DNA of 53,849 nucleotides, the filler included, from Bipalium vagum (lineage: Eukaryota): the NCBI GenBank assembly GCA_037834085.1. It is 3 parts of 3 records of this genome, joined end to end, with 100 filler letters (N's around TTAATTAATTAA, not from the genome) between each part and the next. Parts side by side here need not be neighbours in the genome. Positions count along the whole stretch, not along the records: positions 37,890 to 53,849 come from JBBMKC010135878.1; 2 more parts are not named here. One strand, 5' to 3'. Both the position numbers and the translations under genes were made by a program. Shown piece after piece: positions 50,543 to 53,849 of the stretch. Position 1 is the first letter of the stretch, and each line of letters opens with the position of its first letter. The notes under the pieces were generated by a model, which saw only the letters and a program-made list of their open reading frames with translations, made no database searches and was not told where the DNA came from.

Positions 50543-53500
50543 GAAAAGAAAAAAGGAAAGAGAATATTGTATTTTGGCAAATTTACTTTTCTAATTGTCA
50601 ATTGATGATGAAAAAATTGTCTTGTCTTCTAAATTGTCTTCAATGATTTTCGATTTTGCACGTTTTTGGAATATCCAAATTTTGACTGTGCTGCTTTGAT
50701 TCGGTTTCAGAGACAGTTGGAAGCGTCGGTGTTTGTTTTCTTCGTTTGTAAAGACACAGAACATGTTCAGTTTTTGTTGGGTTTTGCTATCGAATTTTTG
50801 TTTCTAGTTGATTTTAATTGTATACAACGAGTGGGACGATTATCGGATGCTTGATATATCGGTGTGTTGTAAATCTATATTCTTATGAGATAGCGGTGAT
50901 GAGCCCATTATCAAAAGATTGGTAGGACTGTTGTGGCTTGAAGTCTCTTATCACATTGTTAAAAATCTCTCCCATGTTTTTCGTGCCATCTAAAGCCTTG
51001 TGACAACGATTTTCTCAGAACCATAGCTTTTTCTTCAATATTTAGTGCTTTCATTTGTTCAGTTGATTTTCTGTCTGAGAGGAATGATCATTTTTATTTT
51101 AATTTCGTGGAAATGTTAATTTTCCGTTACTTGTACTTGACGAAATATATTTGCGAATGTAATTGAATTAACCAAACCTTTTATTATTTACCCTTTGGGC
51201 TTCTTAATTTCATTTATTGGTGTCTCCTATCACCAGATCAACAATTTTTTGAAAAAAATAAAGTTGTGGTGAGTTGTATTTGGAAGACTTAAAGGATATT
51301 CGCTGATTGGTTGATAGATGAAACCATATTCAAGATGATGTCACATTGAGATTATCGGATTTGTTGACTTTACAAGTTTAGTCATGAATGATCAGAACGA
51401 GGTAGAGATATTAAAGAAATTTGAAATAAGAGGCGAGGAGTGTATCATATGCAGAATTCAAGGAGAACTTGATATAAATATATCTTATTAAGTGGTTACT
51501 GACAAATGTAGAAGGCTGGGGTTCTTTGATTAAAGCAGAGATCGTGAACTCTAAATGTTTATCAGCATATTGGTGGAGCAAAGAGAGCTTATCAATTTGA
51601 TTGAATCTTTTCGAGAGAGGTAATTATAAAATACTCTAAAATTTCACTTTTTTACCCCATTTTTGGTTCAAAAACCGGACATTAATACTCGTTTACTTTT
51701 GCAATTCTCACTGTTCAGTGGTCTTCTCAAAAATTCTGGTAACAAGGATGTTGATATCAACAAAATTTTGTGTGCTATTTTATCTGACTCTTAGATGACC
51801 TTGGTTGGCCGCAACCCGGGGAATAAAAATAAATAAAGACACATTTTATTAATAATAATCACAAAAAATTAAGTTACAAAATTCAAATTATTCATGGCTG
51901 GTAGTCTCCTCTGGATGATTGGTCTTGACAGAAGAAGTGGTATATTTGTTTAGTAGTCAAAACCGATCTTTTAACTTAATCTCGACCTTTAGAAAATCCC
52001 CTGAATTCATCACTCTAATTTCAACGTTATCACTCAGGTTTTCCGGACTTTTTTTTCATGTTTTATTTGTTTCTACATTCTTACTAAATCTGTTCGAACT
52101 GTATTCCTATTTTTATTTTTAACTCTTTCTCCTTAGTATTAACTTTAGCTATGATTAACTCAGCTTTTAATTTTAAACCATATCTTGATCCTGATTTAGG
52201 CAACTTTGCTACTGCATTAAACAGGAGTTTGCAGAGATCCTGTAATTCGCCAATTACTTTACCTCGAGCAGTAATTGGTGCATCGAAGCTTATTAAGGTA
52301 ACCTTCAATTCAAATCAGGGATTTTCTGTATCTTTATCTACCCTGTATCTTTAAATAACGAAGCACTGGAAGTTTTTTAATGTAAGCTCAGCTCGATTAT
52401 GTATAGAATGAAAAATACATAATGGCTGAAAACTCCTAACCAGAGCGTTATCAAAAGAAAATAATAGTTTAATTTTTTATTAGCAAATCTGCTAATTATA
52501 ATATTTGTATTATAAATTATTATGTACATATATTTGTGAGTATCATTTTTCATGCAACTACCTTCACCACAAAATCTACATTTCTTGTCATAATGATCAG
52601 TGCGATAGCAAAAGGGTCTAGATTATTTATAAGTGCTATTAATTAATTAAAAAGGATCTAATCTTGACACTGGCGATGCTGAATTGCCAAGATTAGATTA
52701 GGGTCCGCAAGGAGAGACCGGTTTAGAATTAAAGAGCTAAAAAGGGAATTAACATTTCCCATTGATAAAACTAATCTACGATTGACTGATCGTCTGACCA
52801 GAATATTATTTAAGGAGATGGAATCCGCAATGGATTGCCACAAAATTCTTTGAATGAAACCACGTCAGAAGAGACAAATTCTACGAAACCTATTGATACG
52901 TCAGAAGAGTCTATTGTTCGTCCAAAGGAAGCTTCCACATTTTTAACAGTTAATATTGTATTTATCTCCTCTTTGCGACAGGAGCTTTCGGTGGGTTTTG
53001 TGCTGTTAAGGGGTTTCTGATGGGCTCAGCAAATCACCTTTAAAACTGTCATCGGCAGATCGGTGTGAGGTTTATTATTATTCTTTTTTAAAAAAAATTC
53101 TGTTTAAAATTAATCTTTAATTTTATTGAAATTTTCTTAAAACATTTGATTAAAATTTTGATTTTATTGATAATATTCGATTATTTATTGATTATTTTTA
53201 TTTTTGATTTTGAAGAGTCATTGAAAAAATTTGATTATGTGATTGTAGGCATTGTTATTGACGATTCAATTTGATTATTTGAGATAACGAGGTTGTTACT
53301 TTGATAATAAAATGTTATTCGTATTTGTTTTGATTTTTGATCATTAAAGCCAGAAAAATAAGCTTCCACTATACTATAAACCAAATAGAAATAAAGCTAA
53401 GCTCTCATTGCAATGCAGGAAATGCAATACACATATAGAAAATCAGGCTCACATTTGAATCAATGTAAATCATTTCCTCTAGGTAAAAATATAAAACAAC

Positions 53501-53849
53501 AATGTATTAGAAGTTTTTGGAAATCACTTACGACATATTGGATTTAATGTAGACATAGACTTGAAACCTATCGAACTTAAAAAATTCACAAAACTTAGAC
53601 CAGATATAATAATTCGTGATAATATTAATAGAATATCCACCTAATCGACATGAAAGGTAGATGAGCGGAGATGGAAAACCAATCCAAATAAAAATACAAA
53701 AACACAAGAGGAAGATAGTGCAAATGAACATCTACCTCGATAGATGCTTGATTTTACTAAATAAATTATTGCTTTATTTTTCGAATATACGCCTTTTATT
53801 AAATGAACACAAAATTTATTCAAATATATATTTTCATGAAACATGTTTC

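Noticed and set aside
51260-51640. Apparent TAA-readthrough (alternative code) frame on the + strand
   Set aside because: The TAA codons are the antisense of TTA in an open minus frame, and the intact genes here use the standard code. It is probably a decayed relic.
52650-52760. Collagen-like GPQGETGLE
   Set aside because: Only three triplets amid stops, consistent with chance.

Overview
Very AT-rich animal (invertebrate) genomic DNA with spliceosomal introns, mostly 42-70 nt plus a few large transposon-filled ones. Two artificial scaffold joins (N-TTAATTAATTAA-N) split the window. Host genes, all on the + strand: a complete 12-exon SLC6 Na+/Cl- transporter (about 597 aa); a single-exon secreted His/Lys/Glu/Tyr-rich protein (390 aa); the first coding exon of a D2-like aminergic GPCR; an 8-finger mixed C2H2/C2HC zinc-finger protein (5' end not found); and a complete 5-exon Rab8. 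The rest is dense with decayed DNA transposons: mariner, Tc1/Tc3, DD41D, pogo/Tigger, hAT, probably Chapaev3, and a MITE, including a triple nest. The most unusual items are a minimal hammerhead ribozyme attached to a Penelope-like GIY-YIG remnant inside the zinc-finger gene, a plant-like QALG(N)H finger plus an eh1-like motif in that gene, the Lys-Tyr-rich secreted protein, and a 270-bp palindrome. All gene models were built by hand from splice signals and frame continuity. No database searches were run, and boundaries of decayed transposons are approximate.
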